Shown here: positions 1 to 10,786 of the stretch, one piece after another | Layout: every line of letters begins with the position of its first letter | Position numbering within the stretch: the stretch's first letter is position 1 | Assembly (NCBI GenBank): GCA_041483195.1 | Contig: JBGPFC010000009.1 | Location: 52,177-116,176 of the forward strand | Source: Candidatus Eiseniibacteriota bacterium | GTDB lineage: Bacteria > Eisenbacteria > RBG-16-71-46 | Reading direction: 5' to 3' | Length of the DNA stretch: 64,000 nt | The notes under the pieces: model-generated | Database searches by the model: none | What the model was told of the DNA's origin: nothing | What the model saw: the letters and a program-made list of their open reading frames with translations, nothing else | Made by a program: the position numbers and the translations under genes

Positions 1-447
1 CGGCACACCCCCCGCGCGCATCACCTCCATCACCCCGCGACTGATGCACAGGTAGCGGTCCACTGGAAGGCGGTACTTGATGCGGCTCGGCCAGTGACCC
101 GCGATCGCGAAGTCGACGCGACGAGAGACGACGACGCCCGGCACGCCGGCGAGTCGCGCGGCCGGCACTCCGACCGCATGCGCATGCGCGCTGTGACAGT
201 GCACGATGTCGGGGCCTGCCCGTCGCAGCGCACGCGCGGCGGCCAGCATCGCGACCGCGTCCCACTCGAATCGCGGCCGCCAGGCTCGCGCCTCCATCCC
301 CTCCGCCGCCGCGCGCTCGAGCAGCGGGCCCCGCGGCGCCAGCAGCAGGCAGGCATGGCCGCGCATGCGCAGCCCGCGCATCAGGAGCAGCACCTGCGCC
401 TGACCTCCGCGCCAGCTCCGGCCGGTATCGAGATGGGCGATCTTCAA
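1..447 (-). CDS. GT4 family glycosyltransferase (5' part; runs off the left edge; not in ORF track)
   Basis: TTG at 447 overlaps the upstream stop; translates (M)KIAHLDTGRSWRGGQAQVLLL...DIVHCHSAHAH...VVSRRVDF, a typical GT4 N-terminus. Confidence 0.85.
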   Translation of the reverse strand, partial: MKIAHLDTGRSWRGGQAQVLLLMRGLRMRGHACLLLAPRGPLLERAAAEGMEARAWRPRFEWDAVAMLAAARALRRAGPDIVHCHSAHAHAVGVPAARLAGVPGVVVSRRVDFAIAGHWPSRIKYRLPVDRYLCISRGVMEVMRAGGVP

Positions 448-1520
448 GCGAAGGCCTCGCTGCGCCCTTCGATCGCCGCTCGCAGGCTCGCTCCGATGCG
501 CTCGGCGGTCGCCACCTCGCCGGCGCGGGCCCTCGCGCGCGCGCTCAAGTCCGCGCGACGCTGCGGATCCGCGATCAGGTCGCGCAACGCGACCGCCAGC
601 GCCTCGGCGTTCCCGCGGGGCACCGCCACCAGATGGACGCCGGGTTCGAACACCTCGCGCAGTCCCGGGCCATCTCCGGTGATCACCGCACGGCCGCCGG
701 CCAAACCCTGGTAGACCTTGTGCGGGATGACGCGGCCCGCCTTCTCGCCGGCGCCGAACGCGCCGAGGACGATGTCGGCATCGCCGAGCACGCGCGGCGC
801 GTCCGCGTACGGGATCTCCCCCGCGAAATCCACGCGCTCGACGGCGGCGCTCGCGGCCAGCTCGCGCGCCCGATCGAACTCGATCCCCTTCCCGGCGAGC
901 GTGATGCGGTAGGGCGGCAACGACGGCGCGTCGCGCTGGAGGCGCGCCGCGGCCTCGATCACGAGCGGCACGCCGTGCAGCGGAAGGAATCCTCCGAGGT
1001 AGGTGACCCGCACCACGGAGGCGGGGACGGCCCGCGGGATGTCGAAGAACGAGTCCTCCGCTCCGACCAGCACGCGGCGCAGCCGCTCCCGGCGCGCGCC
1101 CAGCGAGACGTACAGCTCGCCGTGCGCCCAGGTGTCGCACAGCACGAGATCGGCGAGCGCCAGCGACCACCGATCGATGCCGCGGTTCCACCTGGCCTGC
1201 CCCGAGTCGCCGGCATGCAGCCCCCAGTCCGCGACCAGCGTGTCGTATCGCGATACCAGAGGATCGAATACCAGGACGCGCCGGCCGCGAAGGAGCCGGG
1301 CGAGCGGCATGTCCTTGTGGCGAAACTCGGGAACCAGCAGCACGTCGGCGGCATCGACGCGGCGCGCGAGCGCGAGGGCGAGCGCCGGATACCGAAACAC
1401 CGCGCGGCGCTCGCGTGCGTGCGCCTCGAGCACCTCGGCGCCGGCTCGACGGAGGCCCTCGCGCAGGATGCGATTGCGCGGGTAGCCGCGGTCGTAGGCG
1501 CCGAAGAAACAGACCCGCAT
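444..1520 (-). CDS. GT4 family glycosyltransferase
   Basis: Start MRVCFFGAYDRGYPRN in TGATG overlap with upstream gene; C-terminal GT-B domain YLGGFLPLHG...IPHKVYQGLAGGRAVITGD. Confidence 0.85.
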   Translation of the reverse strand: MRVCFFGAYDRGYPRNRILREGLRRAGAEVLEAHARERRAVFRYPALALALARRVDAADVLLVPEFRHKDMPLARLLRGRRVLVFDPLVSRYDTLVADWGLHAGDSGQARWNRGIDRWSLALADLVLCDTWAHGELYVSLGARRERLRRVLVGAEDSFFDIPRAVPASVVRVTYLGGFLPLHGVPLVIEAAARLQRDAPSLPPYRITLAGKGIEFDRARELAASAAVERVDFAGEIPYADAPRVLGDADIVLGAFGAGEKAGRVIPHKVYQGLAGGRAVITGDGPGLREVFEPGVHLVAVPRGNAEALAVALRDLIADPQRRADLSARARARAGEVATAERIGASLRAAIEGRSEAFA

Positions 1521-2311
1521 CAGGTGCGCTCCCGCGGACCACCCTCGAGCCCGCCACCCCCGGACCGCGGCCCCGCCCACAGCGCGGCATACTTGAGAAA
1601 CACCTGCGCCGCGGCGAGCGCGCACACCGCGGCGCCGTGCGCGCCGTCGAGCCACCCCGCCTGCAGCACGTACATGCGCATGAAGCGGAGCGGAGGCCTC
1701 AGCACGAGGTCGGCCGCGCTCGCATGCCGTCCCGCGCGCCGCGCCTGCTCGGCGCCCGCCGCCGCGTAACGCAGCAGCTTGTCGCGGCAGTCGTCCCATC
1801 GTTCGTAGCTGCGGTGTTCGATCGTACCCGGCAGGTCGGCGACCGGCCCCGCGATCCGAACCTGCTCGTGGACCTGCGTTTCGTCGAACGCCGCGGCCTC
1901 CCGCCGGAACAGGCGCAGCACGCGCTCGCCCTGCCATCCGCAGTGGCGGATGCGCCGCCCCAGGAACCAGGTCGCACGCGCGAAGCGATACCCCGCCGCT
2001 TCCCCCCGCGTCACCGCCGCGCGGATCGCCTCGATCGCGTTCGCGTCGAGGCGTTCGTCGGCGTCGAGCCACAGCACCCAGGGCTCTCGGGCCTGGGCGA
2101 GGGCGAACCGCCGCTGAGGCCCGAACCCGTCGAGCGCGCGCTCGAACACCCGCGCGCCGAGGCGCGCGGCGACCTCACGGCTGGCGTCGCGGGTCGCGGC
2201 GTCCACCACGACCACGATCTCGCGCGCGAAGCCGAGCCCCGGCAGCAGGCCCTCGAGGCGCGCCGCCTCGTCACGCGCGATGAGCAGGATCGAGACCGGC
2301 AGCGGGTCCAT
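1520..2311 (-). CDS. GT2 family beta-1,4-glucosyltransferase (KdtX/WaaE-like, LPS core)
   Basis: GFGPQRRFAL, WVLWLDADE, RLFRR, VHE and YVLQAGWLDGAHG motifs. Confidence 0.85.
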   Translation of the reverse strand: MDPLPVSILLIARDEAARLEGLLPGLGFAREIVVVVDAATRDASREVAARLGARVFERALDGFGPQRRFALAQAREPWVLWLDADERLDANAIEAIRAAVTRGEAAGYRFARATWFLGRRIRHCGWQGERVLRLFRREAAAFDETQVHEQVRIAGPVADLPGTIEHRSYERWDDCRDKLLRYAAAGAEQARRAGRHASAADLVLRPPLRFMRMYVLQAGWLDGAHGAAVCALAAAQVFLKYAALWAGPRSGGGGLEGGPRERT

Positions 2312-3311
2312 GGCGCTCGAGGTGGGCGAGAAGGTGACGCGCCGCAACATCCGGCGCGAGGGTGGGCATGCAGTTCCAGTGCGGGCACACCGTGCGATCG
2401 CAGGCGCGGCACGGCAGATCGGTCTGCACGAAGCCGTGACGCTCGCCCGGGGGATTCCAGGTGTCAGGGTGCGTCGGACCGAACCACGCGAAGCTCGCGA
2501 CGCCGAGCGCGGCCGCGAGGTGACGCGGTCCGCTGTCCGTCCCAGCCACTGCCGCGAGCCGCGCGATCACGGCCGCGAGAACAGCGACGTCGCACGCGCC
2601 GAGCGTCATCACGCCGGGGGTGAGCGACGCGATCGCGCTCGCGATCGCGTCCTCCCCCGGGCCGCCGAGCACCAGCACGTGCCACCCGGCCGCGAGCACC
2701 CGCCGCGCCAGCGCCGCCACGTGGGAGACGGGCCAGGTCTTGGTGGGCCAGCTTCCGGCCGCGACCAGCCCCACCGTGCGGGCGGGCGCGCGGACTCCGG
2801 CAGCCGCGAGCAGCGCGGCGGCGGCGGCGCGCGCGGACGCGCTCGTCGAGACCCGGGGCTCGAGTCCATCCGCCACTCCACCGGCCGCGACCGCGAGACG
2901 CACGTGGGTGGCGGAGGCGTGCTCGCGATGTCCGCCCGGCAGGGCGAGCGTGCGCGGCACTCGCGTGCGGTAAGCATGTCGCCGCGCGCGCAGCGCGTAG
3001 CCCGCCGTGAAGCGCGCGCCGCTCAGCGCGGTGAGGGTTGCGCTCCGGGGATTGCCGAAGAAATCCACGGCGCGTTCGATTCGCAGACGCCTGAGCGACG
3101 CCGCGAGACGCACCAGCGCGCCGGTCGTGCGATCGAGCGGCCAGACCCGGTCCACGCCGTCGAGGCCCTCGAGCAATGGCGCGTAGCGCGGCTCGGTCAC
3201 CACTTCGAGGCGGGCGTCGGGAAATCCGCGGCGTAGCGCGCGCAGCGCTGGCGTGATGAGCACCACGTCGCCCAACGCGCGCAGCCGGATGGCGAGCACC
3301 GTCGCGCTCAC
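2271..3311 (-). CDS. GT9 family ADP-heptose:LPS heptosyltransferase
   Basis: IRLRALGDVVL, KTWP, TDSGPRHLAAALG, FGPT and C-terminal CxxC...C..C motifs. Confidence 0.9.
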   Translation of the reverse strand: MSATVLAIRLRALGDVVLITPALRALRRGFPDARLEVVTEPRYAPLLEGLDGVDRVWPLDRTTGALVRLAASLRRLRIERAVDFFGNPRSATLTALSGARFTAGYALRARRHAYRTRVPRTLALPGGHREHASATHVRLAVAAGGVADGLEPRVSTSASARAAAAALLAAAGVRAPARTVGLVAAGSWPTKTWPVSHVAALARRVLAAGWHVLVLGGPGEDAIASAIASLTPGVMTLGACDVAVLAAVIARLAAVAGTDSGPRHLAAALGVASFAWFGPTHPDTWNPPGERHGFVQTDLPCRACDRTVCPHWNCMPTLAPDVAARHLLAHLERHGPAAGLDPAHRA

Positions 3312-3372
3312 TCCCGCCCCGCGTCGCGTGCGCGCACCGGTGACAACAGATCGCGGCCCGCGTGCGCGTCGC

Positions 3373-4539
3373 TCATTGCCGCACCATCGCGGCCCGCGCC
3401 GCCTCGCGCGCCATGCTGTCGACCTCGACGAGCTGAGCCAGCGATTCGACCGGCTCGACGCGATGCCGCTCCAGCACGCGCTCGACCAGCGCCGGGACCT
3501 CGCCGAGCGTGATCTCGCCATCGAGAAACCCCTGCACCGCCACTTCGTCTGCGGCATTCAGAACGCATGGGGCGGTGCCGCCCGCGCGGCCCGCCGCGAG
3601 CGCCACGTCGAACGCGGGGTGGCGGCCGGCCGGAATCGGCGCGAACTCGAGCCCACGGAGCGCCGCCACGTCGAGCGGCGCGACCGCCTCGCTCCAGCGC
3701 TCCGGCCATGACAGGGCGAGCTGGATCGGAAGACGCATGTCGGGCGGCGCGGCTTGCAGCACCGTCGAGCCGTCCCGAAACGTGACCAGCGCGTGGATCA
3801 GCGCCTGGGGATGGAGCACGGCGTCGAGGCGCGACCAGTCCAGATCGAAGAGCCAGCGCGCCTCGATCAGCTCGAGCCCCTTGTTGAAAAGCAATGCCGA
3901 GTCCACGGTGATGCGCGCTCCCATGGCCCACACCGGGTGCGCGAGCACCTCCGCGCGCGTGGCGCGCCGCCAGTCGGGGTGCGAACGCAGCGCTCCGCCC
4001 GAAGCGGTGAGCGTCAGCCGCGCGATCTCCTCCGGGGCCCGCCCTCCCAGACATTGCAGCGCGGCGCTGTGTTCACTGTCCACCGGGATCAGCTCTCCGC
4101 CGCGCGCGAGCGCTTCGCGCACCAGCGCGCCCCCGATCACCAGCGTCTCCTTGTTGGCGAGCGCGAGGCGGGCGCCACGCTCGAGCGCCGCGAGCGAGGC
4201 CGCGAGCCCCGCCGCCCCCACGATGCCGTTGAGGACGACGTCGGCATCGGGGCGAGCGGCGACCCGTGCCGCCGCGCCGGTCCCGATCTCGATCACGGCC
4301 CCCGGCGAGGCTTCCGCCAGCGCCCGTCGCGCCAGCCCGGGGTCGGGTGCCCGCTCGAGCGCGAGCGCCAGCGGCCGCCAGTGTCTCGCCTGCTCGCACA
4401 GCGCATCGAGCCCGCCCCCCGCCGCGAGGGCCGTCACGCGCACGCGGTCGCTTTCACGCGTGGCGACCTCGAGGGCCTGGCGGCCAATCGAGCCCGTCGA
4501 CCCGAGTACCGCGAGTCGGCGCGCCCCGGTCCCCGTCAT
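3373..4539 (-). CDS. dxr: 1-deoxy-D-xylulose-5-phosphate reductoisomerase
   Basis: LGSTGSIG, LANKE, PVDSEHSA, TASGG, HPVWAMG, NKGLE, NAADE. Confidence 0.97.
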   Translation of the reverse strand: MTGTGARRLAVLGSTGSIGRQALEVATRESDRVRVTALAAGGGLDALCEQARHWRPLALALERAPDPGLARRALAEASPGAVIEIGTGAAARVAARPDADVVLNGIVGAAGLAASLAALERGARLALANKETLVIGGALVREALARGGELIPVDSEHSAALQCLGGRAPEEIARLTLTASGGALRSHPDWRRATRAEVLAHPVWAMGARITVDSALLFNKGLELIEARWLFDLDWSRLDAVLHPQALIHALVTFRDGSTVLQAAPPDMRLPIQLALSWPERWSEAVAPLDVAALRGLEFAPIPAGRHPAFDVALAAGRAGGTAPCVLNAADEVAVQGFLDGEITLGEVPALVERVLERHRVEPVESLAQLVEVDSMAREAARAAMVRQ

Positions 4540-5465
4540 GGCACGCGAAACACGGCGATCTTCAGGAAGTAGAAGGTCAGCGGGGCCGCGAAGTAGAGAC
4601 TGTCGAACCGATCGAGGATGCCGCCGTGTCCTGGGATCATGTCGGACGAATCGCCGTGCTGCGCATCGCGCTTGAGCAGCGACTCCACGAGGTCGCCGAC
4701 CTGCGCGAACACGCCGACCAGCAGGCCGAGCGCGGCCGCGCTCGAGGCCCCGAGGAACGGCGCGAACCACGCGCGCGCGACGAGCGAGGCCAGCACGGCC
4801 GCTGCGAGACCGCCAATCGCCCCTTCCACCGACTTGCGCGGCGAGATTCGCATCCACGGCCGATTGCGGCCGAGCGCCCGCCCCACCGCGTAGGCGCCGG
4901 TATCGCAGCTCCAGGTGACGAAGAACGCGAGCAGCACGTACGAAGCGCCGTCCGCGTACGCGGTGCCCGCGCGCCACGGCAGCTCGCGGAGCAGTACGAG
5001 ATGCGCCGAGAGCCAGCCCACGTAGAGCACCCCGAACAGCGTGACCGCCATGCCTTCCACCTGGCGCGGCCGATCGGCGCGGCGCAACCCCAGCGCGAGC
5101 ACCAGCAGCAGCGCGGCGGTCGCGAGAAAATCCGCCTGGCTCGCGTGCGGGCGGTACGCCACCCAGAGCACGCCGATCCCCGAGAGGATTCCGAGCGGCA
5201 CGTCGGGCTTCAGCCCCTTGCCTCGCATCATGCGGTAGAACTCGACCAGGCCGAGCGTCACCTGGAGCCCGACGAACCCGACGAACGCGAGTCCGCCCGC
5301 GCGGGCGAGCAGGATCAGCAGCGGCACGAACACCAGCCCGCTCGCGATGCGCCAGCGCAACGACCAGCCGGAGGCCTTCGCGTTGGGCGTCTGCGGGGCC
5401 GGCAGCTCGCCGCCCTCCGGCACGAGCGCTGCCGCGGACGCCCGGCCCTCGGCCTCCGCGTTCAA
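4536..5465 (-). CDS. cdsA: Phosphatidate cytidylyltransferase
   Basis: DTGAY, ISPRKSVEG, GDLVESLLKR, IPGHGGILDRFDS; start approximate (TTG overlapping uppS stop). Confidence 0.93.
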   Translation of the reverse strand: MNAEAEGRASAAALVPEGGELPAPQTPNAKASGWSLRWRIASGLVFVPLLILLARAGGLAFVGFVGLQVTLGLVEFYRMMRGKGLKPDVPLGILSGIGVLWVAYRPHASQADFLATAALLLVLALGLRRADRPRQVEGMAVTLFGVLYVGWLSAHLVLLRELPWRAGTAYADGASYVLLAFFVTWSCDTGAYAVGRALGRNRPWMRISPRKSVEGAIGGLAAAVLASLVARAWFAPFLGASSAAALGLLVGVFAQVGDLVESLLKRDAQHGDSSDMIPGHGGILDRFDSLYFAAPLTFYFLKIAVFRVP

Positions 5466-6205
5466 TCGACCCTCCCGAAGCGCCGCTCGCGGCGTTGGAA
5501 ATCGGCGACGGCGTCGAACAGATGCTTGCGGCGAAAGTCGGGCCAGAGCGTGTCCGTGATCCACAATTCGGTATAGGCCAGCTGCCAGAGCATGAAGTTC
5601 GACAGTCGCATCTCGCCGCTGGTGCGGATCAGGAGATCGGGGTCCGGGAGCCCGGCGGTGTAGAGATGCTCCGCGACGAACGCGTCGTCCACGCCGTCGG
5701 GATCGATTCGCTCGCGGCGTGACTCCCTCAGAATCGCCTTCACCGCGTCGACCAGCTCGGCACGGCCGCTGTATGAGAGCGCGAGATTCAGGAGCAGCCC
5801 GGTGGAGGCCGCGAGGTAGGCCTGAGTCTCGGCGATGGCCTTGCGCACCGAGGCGGGAAGCTCTTCGGTGCGGCCGATCACGGCGAGCCGCACGTTGTTG
5901 CGGCGCAGCTCGGCGCGTTCGGCGCGCAGCGTGCGCTCGAGGATGCCCATCAGCGCCTGCACCTCGCGATGGGGACGGTTCCAGTTCTCGATCGAGAACG
6001 TGTAGAGCGTCAGGAACTCGATCCCGAGCGCGACGCAACCCTTCACCGCCTCACGCACCGACTCGCGTGCCGCGCGGTGGCCCATGAGTCGCGCCGCCCC
6101 GCGCGCGCGCGCCCAGCGGCCGTTGCCGTCCATGATGATGGCGACGTGCCGCGGCAGATTGCCGCGTGCCTTGAGCTCCTCGGGTGTGGGAACGCGAGCC
6201 GGCAA
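5462..6205 (-). CDS. uppS: Undecaprenyl diphosphate synthase (isoprenyl transferase)
   Basis: HVAIIMDGNGRWA, FSIENWNRP, DLLIRTSGEMRLSNF, RERRFG. Confidence 0.97.
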   Translation of the reverse strand: MPARVPTPEELKARGNLPRHVAIIMDGNGRWARARGAARLMGHRAARESVREAVKGCVALGIEFLTLYTFSIENWNRPHREVQALMGILERTLRAERAELRRNNVRLAVIGRTEELPASVRKAIAETQAYLAASTGLLLNLALSYSGRAELVDAVKAILRESRRERIDPDGVDDAFVAEHLYTAGLPDPDLLIRTSGEMRLSNFMLWQLAYTELWITDTLWPDFRRKHLFDAVADFQRRERRFGRVD

Positions 6206-6337
6206 GAGTTCCCCCGGACGACAGTCGAGAACGGTGCGGCTACAGACGAACGAGGGCGCGGCGCTCGGAGCCTCGGCTCGATCCGACCGCGATCGCGCGA
6301 CCGGACGGGCGCGGCCTTCGCCGCGAGTGCGCCCCGA

Positions 6338-6895
6338 TCAGACTTCCATGACTTCGGCCGTCTTCTTCTTCAACAGATCGTCCACCTGACCGATGTAGCG
6401 ATCGGTGAGCTTCTGGACCTCGGCGACGAGTCGCCGCGCCTCGTCCTCGGACAGTGAGCCGCCATCCTCCTGGTGCTTGATCTCCTTGTTCACGTCGTGC
6501 CGGATCTGCCGGACATGCACCCGGCCCTCCTCGGCAAGCTTCGCGACGATCTTCACCAGGTCCTTGCGCCGCTCCTCGCTGAGCGTCGGAATCGGCACCC
6601 GGATCACGACCCCGTCATCGGTCGGGCTGACGCCCAGCTCCGACTGCTGGATCGCGCGCGTGATCGCCTTGATGAGCGACTTGTCCCAGGGCTGCACCAT
6701 CAGCAGGCGTGGCTCCGGGGCGCTCACCGTTCCGACCTGGTTGAGCGGGACCACCTGACCGTATGCCTCGACCCGCACCGTGTCGAGCAGCGCGGGGCTG
6801 GCCTTGCCGCTGCGGATGCCGCTGAGCTCGCGGCGCGCGGCCTCGATCGCCTTCTTCATTCGCTCTTCGGCGTTCGCCATGATCTTGTTCACCAT
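6338..6895 (-). CDS. frr: Ribosome recycling factor
   Basis: IRSGKASPALLD, SEERRKDLVK, QKLTD; GGAG SD upstream of ATG 6895. Confidence 0.97.
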   Translation of the reverse strand: MVNKIMANAEERMKKAIEAARRELSGIRSGKASPALLDTVRVEAYGQVVPLNQVGTVSAPEPRLLMVQPWDKSLIKAITRAIQQSELGVSPTDDGVVIRVPIPTLSEERRKDLVKIVAKLAEEGRVHVRQIRHDVNKEIKHQEDGGSLSEDEARRLVAEVQKLTDRYIGQVDDLLKKKTAEVMEV

Positions 6896-6897
6896 GG

Positions 6898-7614
6898 TCA
6901 CTTCTCCCCCACCAGAGTTCCGACCTCTTCCCCCTGCACGACGCGCATCAGATTGCCGGGATCGCCGATATTGAACACGACGATCGGCAGCCGATTGTCC
7001 ATGCAAAGTGAGATCGCTGTCGAGTCCATGACCTTGAGCCCCCGGGTGAGGATATCGATGTAGCTGATGCGAGGGAAGAAGGTCGCGGAGGGATCGAGGA
7101 CGGGGTCCCCGCTGAACACTCCGTCGACCTTGGTCGCCTTGAGGATGACGTCCGCCCCGATCTCGATGGCCCGCAGCGCGGCGGCGGTGTCGGTGGTGAA
7201 GTACGGATTGCCGGTGCCGGCCGCGAGCACCACGATCCGGTCCTTCTCGAGGTGGCGAACCGCTCGCCGGCGGATGTACGGCTCGCACACGCGCGCCATC
7301 TCGATGGCCGACATCACGCGGGTGTAGAGCCCGCGCTTCTCGAGGGCGTGCTGCAGGGCCAGCCCATTGATGACGGTGGCCAGCATTCCCATGTAGTCGG
7401 CGCCCACGCGGTCCATCCCACGCGTGCTCGCGGCCAGGCCGCGGAAGATGTTTCCGCCGCCGGTCACGATCCCGACCTGCACCCCCAGCGCGTGGACGTC
7501 GCGGACCTGGTCGGCGATCGAGGCCATGACGTCTTCATCGATGCCGTGGCCGGCGGCCCCGGCCAGGATCTCGCCGCTGAGCTTGAGGAGGATGCGCTGG
7601 TAGCGCGCGGCCAC
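6898..7614 (-). CDS. pyrH: UMP kinase
   Basis: [34 protein letters not shown]. Confidence 0.98.
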   Translation of the reverse strand: MAARYQRILLKLSGEILAGAAGHGIDEDVMASIADQVRDVHALGVQVGIVTGGGNIFRGLAASTRGMDRVGADYMGMLATVINGLALQHALEKRGLYTRVMSAIEMARVCEPYIRRRAVRHLEKDRIVVLAAGTGNPYFTTDTAAALRAIEIGADVILKATKVDGVFSGDPVLDPSATFFPRISYIDILTRGLKVMDSTAISLCMDNRLPIVVFNIGDPGNLMRVVQGEEVGTLVGEK

Positions 7615-7616
7615 GC

Positions 7617-8213
7617 CTACTCCTGGCCGAGTCGGTAGCGAACGAACCGGCGGACGACGAGACGCTCGCCGGTCTTCGCCGACGCGGCCGTGACCAGGTC
7701 TGAGACCGTCAGCTTGTCGTCGCGGATGTACGCCTGCTCGAGCAGGCAGATCTCGGAGTAGAACTTGTCGAGCTTGCCACCCACGATCTTCTCGATGATC
7801 GCGGCGGGCTTGCCCTGTCCCTCCATCTGCGCAGTGAAGATCGCGCGCTCGCGCTCGACGCGCTCCGCCGCGACCTCCTCACGGCGCACGACTTCGGCGC
7901 CGGCCGCCGCGACCTGCATCGCGAGATTGCGAACCAGCTCCTGGAATTCCGGGGTGCGCGCGACGAAATCGGTCTCGCAATTGACTTCGATCAGCACCCC
8001 GACGCGATTCCCGGGGTGGATGTAGGCGTCGACCACTCCCTCGCTGGCCACGCGATCCGAACGCTTCTCAGCCTTCGCGATGCCGCTCTTGCGCAGCGCG
8101 TCCACCGCCTTTTCGAAGTTGCCGCCCGCCTCGACCAGCGCCTTCTTGCATTCCATCATGCCGGCGCCGGTGCGCTCCCTCAATTCCCTGACCTGATCGG
8201 CTGTCACCGTCAT
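7617..8213 (-). CDS. tsf: Elongation factor Ts (short form)
   Basis: [29 protein letters not shown]. Confidence 0.97.
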   Translation of the reverse strand: MTVTADQVRELRERTGAGMMECKKALVEAGGNFEKAVDALRKSGIAKAEKRSDRVASEGVVDAYIHPGNRVGVLIEVNCETDFVARTPEFQELVRNLAMQVAAAGAEVVRREEVAAERVERERAIFTAQMEGQGKPAAIIEKIVGGKLDKFYSEICLLEQAYIRDDKLTVSDLVTAASAKTGERLVVRRFVRYRLGQE

Positions 8214-8292
8214 CGCAATCCTCGATTGTGTTGGAACGCCCGCCGCGAGCCTCGCGGCGCGGGCGGGCGATGCGTCGACGCTCGGAGCTGTG

Positions 8293-9063
8293 TCAGACGG
8301 TCGCGGGATGGGAGGTCTCGCCCTCGGCTTCACTGCCTTCGCCGCCGTACGAGACCGTCTCCTGCTCGCCGCCCTCGTGCGCGAACGCCTTCGATTCGAG
8401 AATGGTGTCCGCGACCATGCCGGTGAACAGCTTGATCGCGCGAATCGCGTCGTCGTTGCCCGGGATCGGGAAGGTCACGGGCGACGGGTCGCAGTTGGTG
8501 TCCACCACGCCCACGATCGGGATGCCGAGCCGACTCGCCTCGGTCACCGCGATCTTCTCCTTCTTGGTGTCGATCACGAACACCAGCGAAGGAATGCCCG
8601 GCATCTCCTTGATGCCCGCGAAGACGAACTGCAGCCGTTCGCGCTCCCGTCCGAGCCGCGACACCTCCTTCTTCGCCAGTTTCTCGAAGGTGCCATCGGT
8701 CGCCATCTTGTCGAGATCGTGGAGACGCTTGATGCTGGTGCGGATGGTCTTGAAGTTGGTGAGCATGCCGCCCAGCCACCGCTCCGTGACGTAGAACTGG
8801 CCGCAGCGCGCGACCTCGTCGACGACGATCGGCTTCGCCTGCTTCTTGGTGCCCACGAACAGCACGTGTCCGCCGGCGCGCACCACGCGCTCGATGGCCG
8901 CGCGCGCCTCTTGAATGCACTTCAGCGTCTTCTGAAGGTCGATGATGTAGATCCCGTTGCGCTCCATGAAGATGAATTTCTTCATCTGCGGGTTCCAGCG
9001 CCGGGTCTGATGCCCGAAGTGCACTCCGGCTTCGAGCAGGTCCTTCATCGTGATCTCGGCCAC
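8293..9063 (-). CDS. rpsB: 30S ribosomal protein S2
   Basis: [34 protein letters not shown]. Confidence 0.98.
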   Translation of the reverse strand: MAEITMKDLLEAGVHFGHQTRRWNPQMKKFIFMERNGIYIIDLQKTLKCIQEARAAIERVVRAGGHVLFVGTKKQAKPIVVDEVARCGQFYVTERWLGGMLTNFKTIRTSIKRLHDLDKMATDGTFEKLAKKEVSRLGRERERLQFVFAGIKEMPGIPSLVFVIDTKKEKIAVTEASRLGIPIVGVVDTNCDPSPVTFPIPGNDDAIRAIKLFTGMVADTILESKAFAHEGGEQETVSYGGEGSEAEGETSHPATV

Positions 9064-9069
9064 TGCTTC

Positions 9070-9170
9070 CTCCTCAGGGGTTGGTTCGTCCGCCCCGTTC
9101 CTCGTTCGATGGCGCCTTGCTCCGCGTCGGGAGACCCCTGGCGCCGGGAACGGTGCGTGCGTGATGTGGT
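9070..9170 (-). promoter_or_regulatory. rpsB leader (t44 / S2 autoregulatory RNA)
   Basis: Minus strand reads CACGCACGCAC-CCGTTCC...GGAACGG-GGCGGA...AACC followed by SD GAGGAGG, as in rpsB leaders. Confidence 0.6.
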
Positions 9171-9174
9171 GCGT

Positions 9175-9573
9175 CTACCGCTTGCTGAACTGGAAGCGCT
9201 TGCGTGCCCCGGGCTGTCCGTACTTCTTGCGCTCTTTCATCCGCGGATCGCGCGTGAGCGCGCCTTCGCGGCCCAGCAGGCCGCGCAGGGTCTCGTCCTC
9301 CTTGACCAGCGCACGCGCGATCGCGAGTCGCAGCGCACCGGCCTGGCCGGCGAGGCCGCCGCCGTGCACGCGCGCCTCGAAGCTGTACTTCGCGGCCGTG
9401 TTGGTGGTGACCATCGGCTGGAGCGCCGTGCGCACCAGCGTGTCGCGCATGAGGTACTGTTCGGGCGTGCGTCCGTTGATGGTGTTGCGTCCGGCCACCG
9501 CCACCAGGCGCACGCGCGCGACCGCTTCCTTGCGACGTCCGGTTCGAGGCTGAGTCAACGTCTCCGTCGCCAT
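9175..9573 (-). CDS. rpsI: 30S ribosomal protein S9
   Basis: TGRRKEAVARV, GGGLAGQAGA, ERKKYG...QFSKR. Confidence 0.98.
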   Translation of the reverse strand: MATETLTQPRTGRRKEAVARVRLVAVAGRNTINGRTPEQYLMRDTLVRTALQPMVTTNTAAKYSFEARVHGGGLAGQAGALRLAIARALVKEDETLRGLLGREGALTRDPRMKERKKYGQPGARKRFQFSKR

Positions 9574-9585
9574 CGTCTCCCCTGG

Positions 9586-10020
9586 CTAGGTGCGCGGATC
9601 CCACGCGGCCGCCTGCTGCGCCGCATGAGGATGTTCCGCGCCCGCGTACACTTTGAGCTTCTTCATCATCGCGCGGCCGAGCTTGGTCTTGGGCATCATC
9701 CCGCGCACCGCCTGCATGATGACGCGTTCCGGATGCTTCTCCATGCGCTCGACGATCGAGGTCCAGCTCCCGCCGCCCGGATACATCGTGTGATGAAAAT
9801 ACTTCTTGTCCTGCGCCTTCTTGCCGCTGAGCGCGACCTTGCTGGCGTTGATGACCACGACGTGGTCCCCGGTGTCGATGTGGGGCGTGTAGATCGGCTT
9901 GTGCTTGCCCTTCAGCACCGTCGCGATCCGGGTGGCCAGCCGGCCCAGCGTCCTGCCTTCGGCATCCACGAGCAGCCAGCGTCGGTCGACGTCGGCGGGC
10001 CGGGCGCTATAAGTCTTCAT
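9586..10020 (-). CDS. rplM: 50S ribosomal protein L13
   Basis: LGRLA...[28 protein letters not shown] before ATG 10020. Confidence 0.98.
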   Translation of the reverse strand: MKTYSARPADVDRRWLLVDAEGRTLGRLATRIATVLKGKHKPIYTPHIDTGDHVVVINASKVALSGKKAQDKKYFHHTMYPGGGSWTSIVERMEKHPERVIMQAVRGMMPKTKLGRAMMKKLKVYAGAEHPHAAQQAAAWDPRT

Positions 10021-10113
10021 GCCATCCTCCGATTGCACACGGGCGCGCGGATCGGCGGCGGCGCGCGCGTGGCACGCAGACCTGAGACGGCCGCTATCCG
10101 CAAGAAGCGACGG

Positions 10114-10143
10114 AAGCTAGCACGCGCGTCGAAACCCTGTCAA
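10114..10143 (-). promoter_or_regulatory. sigma70-type promoter of rplM-rpsI-rpsB operon
   Basis: TTGACA-18 nt-TAGCTT with TG extension. Confidence 0.7.
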
Positions 10144-10195
10144 GCCGCCGAGCGAACCGGCCGACCCTCGCTGCGTCGCGTGCCGGCACCCGGCG

Positions 10196-10786
10196 TCACT
10201 CGAATTCGGCGAGCACCTGCCGGAGCCGCGCGAGCGGCAGCCCGACCACGTTGAAGTAGTCGCCATCGATGCGGCGCACGAACTGCGCCGCCATGCCCTG
10301 GATGCCGTACGCCCCGGCCTTGTCGAGGGGCTCGCCGGTGCGGACGTACGCGTCGATCGCCGCCTCGTCGAGCTTCGCGAGCAGCACTTCCGTGCATTCG
10401 GTGGCGGTGCGCTCCTCGCCGTCGCGCACGACGGCGATCCCGGTCCACACCTGATGCGCGCGGCCGTGGAGGCGCAGCAGCATCGCCCGCGCCTCGGCGG
10501 CGTCCCGCGGCTTGCCGAGGCGCGCCCCCCGCAGCACGACGATCGTGTCCGCCCCGATCACGACGGCGCCTCGACGCTTCGCGGCGACGCGACGCGCCTT
10601 GTCGAGCGCGAGCGCACGCACGCCGTGCCGGGGCTCCGCCGCACCCGGCCACGATCGATCCGGCCCCGGGTCCGCGAGGGTGAAGGGCGCGCCCACCTGC
10701 CGGAGCAGAGCGACGCGGCGCGGTGATCCCGACGCGAGCACCAGCGGGGAGCGCCCCGAGTAGAACAGCGGCGGCACCCGGCTCAT
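10196..10786 (-). CDS. maf: Maf family nucleoside triphosphate pyrophosphatase
   Basis: LASGSPRR, GADTIV, GKP, DKAGAYGIQG, NVVGLP. Confidence 0.93.
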   Translation of the reverse strand: MSRVPPLFYSGRSPLVLASGSPRRVALLRQVGAPFTLADPGPDRSWPGAAEPRHGVRALALDKARRVAAKRRGAVVIGADTIVVLRGARLGKPRDAAEARAMLLRLHGRAHQVWTGIAVVRDGEERTATECTEVLLAKLDEAAIDAYVRTGEPLDKAGAYGIQGMAAQFVRRIDGDYFNVVGLPLARLRQVLAEFE